From positions 83,252,328-83,316,327 of the forward strand of contig NC_083411.1 in assembly GCF_020745735.1 (NCBI RefSeq): a stretch of DNA of 64,000 nt. The letters are read 5' to 3'. Shown one piece after another: positions 63,600-64,000 of the stretch. Position numbers and translations under genes: made by a program. Positions within the stretch are counted from its first letter, which is position 1. Each line of letters starts with the position of its first letter. Source of the stretch: Hemiscyllium ocellatum. Its lineage: Eukaryota. The notes under the pieces were generated by a model. The model was not told where the DNA came from. It searched no databases and saw only the letters and a list, made by a program, of their open reading frames with translations.

Positions 63600-64000
63600 C
63601 AGTAAGACTGTAAGATTAGAAACAGAATTAGGCTTATTAGTGGAAACATTTTCTCCACATCCAATCTATCCAGGTCTCACAGTACACTAAGTTTTAATGA
63701 GATCCCCTTCATCCTTCTAAAATCCATCGAGTATGACCCACATTCCTTAACCATTTCTCGTATGACCTGCTTTTGTGTTCTAACCTTCTTGAAATGAATG
63801 CTAATATTGCCTGTCTAACTGCCAACTGAATCTGCCTGTTAACCTTAACAGAATCTTGAACTGGGACTCCTAAGTCTCTTCTTGCTTCAGATTTATAAAG
63901 GCTAGAAAATAGTTTACACCTCTATTCTTCCTAACAAAGTGTATAAACTTACACTTATGCACAGTGCATTTCATCTGCCACTAATTTGTCCACTCTCTTA
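63600..64000 (-). mobile_element. Old CR1-type fragment
   Basis: gaaacattttctccacatccaatctatccagg, atgagatccccttcatccttctaaa. Confidence 0.55.

Overview
Repeat-dense, non-coding vertebrate DNA, almost certainly from a cartilaginous fish (shark). The evidence is about 11 HE1-type V-SINEs and many decayed HER1/CR1 LINE pieces. No host protein-coding exon could be supported; nearly all ORFs in the track are fragments of transposable elements or noise. The most striking content is a Penelope-like element (PLE) plus hammerhead ribozyme (HHR) system. It includes a young Neptune-type GIY-YIG fragment duplicated as a ~600-bp inverted repeat (15846-17468). About ten 120-350 bp non-autonomous copies carry minimal type-I hammerhead motifs (CUGANGA-stem II-GAAA-palindrome), falling into three clear sequence families and possibly a fourth decayed one. 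Many copies are head-to-head pairs with an asymmetric tail and 8-15 bp target-site duplications (TSDs). One copy (57701-58116) folds back over 50 bp of its own target DNA. Also present: three copies of a two-exon Myb/SANT gene remnant (PIF/Harbinger-like), a Gypsy integrase relic, a DeuSINE-like element, L2/CR1 relics, a probable Tigger-like MITE, nested insertions and microsatellites. Family names come from motif recognition, not from database searches.
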